Source: Shigella phage vB_SboM_Phaginator. Taken from it: a stretch of 64,000 nt of DNA. Below are positions 60,979 to 64,000 of the stretch, in pieces. The notes under the pieces were generated by a model. It was given only the letters and a program-made list of their open reading frames with translations. It was not told the DNA's origin and made no database searches. The position numbers and the translations under genes are program-made. The stretch lies in sequence record OL615012. One strand, given 5' to 3'. The stretch's first letter is position 1. The number at the start of each line of letters is the position of its first letter.

Positions 60979-64000
<3,022 letters not shown>

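Overview
This window is a segment of a T4-like (T-even, Tequatrovirus-type) myovirus genome, collinear with the phage T4 map from gene 46 to gene 17. Positions 1-43511 are almost entirely minus-strand early/middle genes: gp46 (partial), gp47, alpha-glucosyltransferase, gp55, nrdH-nrdG-nrdD, endonuclease VII (49), a pin-position ORF, nrdC, many small ORFs, rI, thymidine kinase, a macro-domain protein, regB, a GrcA/YfiD-like glycyl-radical protein, capsid-targeted internal proteins, lysozyme e, nudE, a tRNA cluster split by a GIY-YIG endonuclease (segB-like), a 57B (Acb1) candidate, 57A, and genes 1, 3, 2, 4. Positions 43559-64000 are the plus-strand late module 53-5-5.1-5.4-6-7-8-9-10-11-12-wac-13-14-15-16 and the start of 17. 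Gene names are assigned from protein lengths, motifs and synteny recalled from T4; no database search was run. It is not T4 itself: the tRNA set decoded here is Gln, Leu, Gly, Ser, Thr, Ile/Met(CAT), Tyr, Asn, Arg (no Pro), the lysozyme differs at several residues, nrdD is uninterrupted, and no denV-like ORF is present. Twelve minus-strand early promoters share an exact 17-bp spacer, and late TATAAATA promoters and UUCG-loop hairpins are also annotated. The best candidates for undescribed function are a Pol-beta-type nucleotidyltransferase / P-loop ATPase / membrane-protein module (18624-21179), a DarG/TARG1-like macrodomain protein (25541-26020), six genes carrying an internal-protein capsid-targeting N-terminus (two in a repeat-flanked cassette), a small P-loop ATPase where T4 has denV, and an array of four 300-340 aa coiled-coil-tailed proteins (13208-17161).
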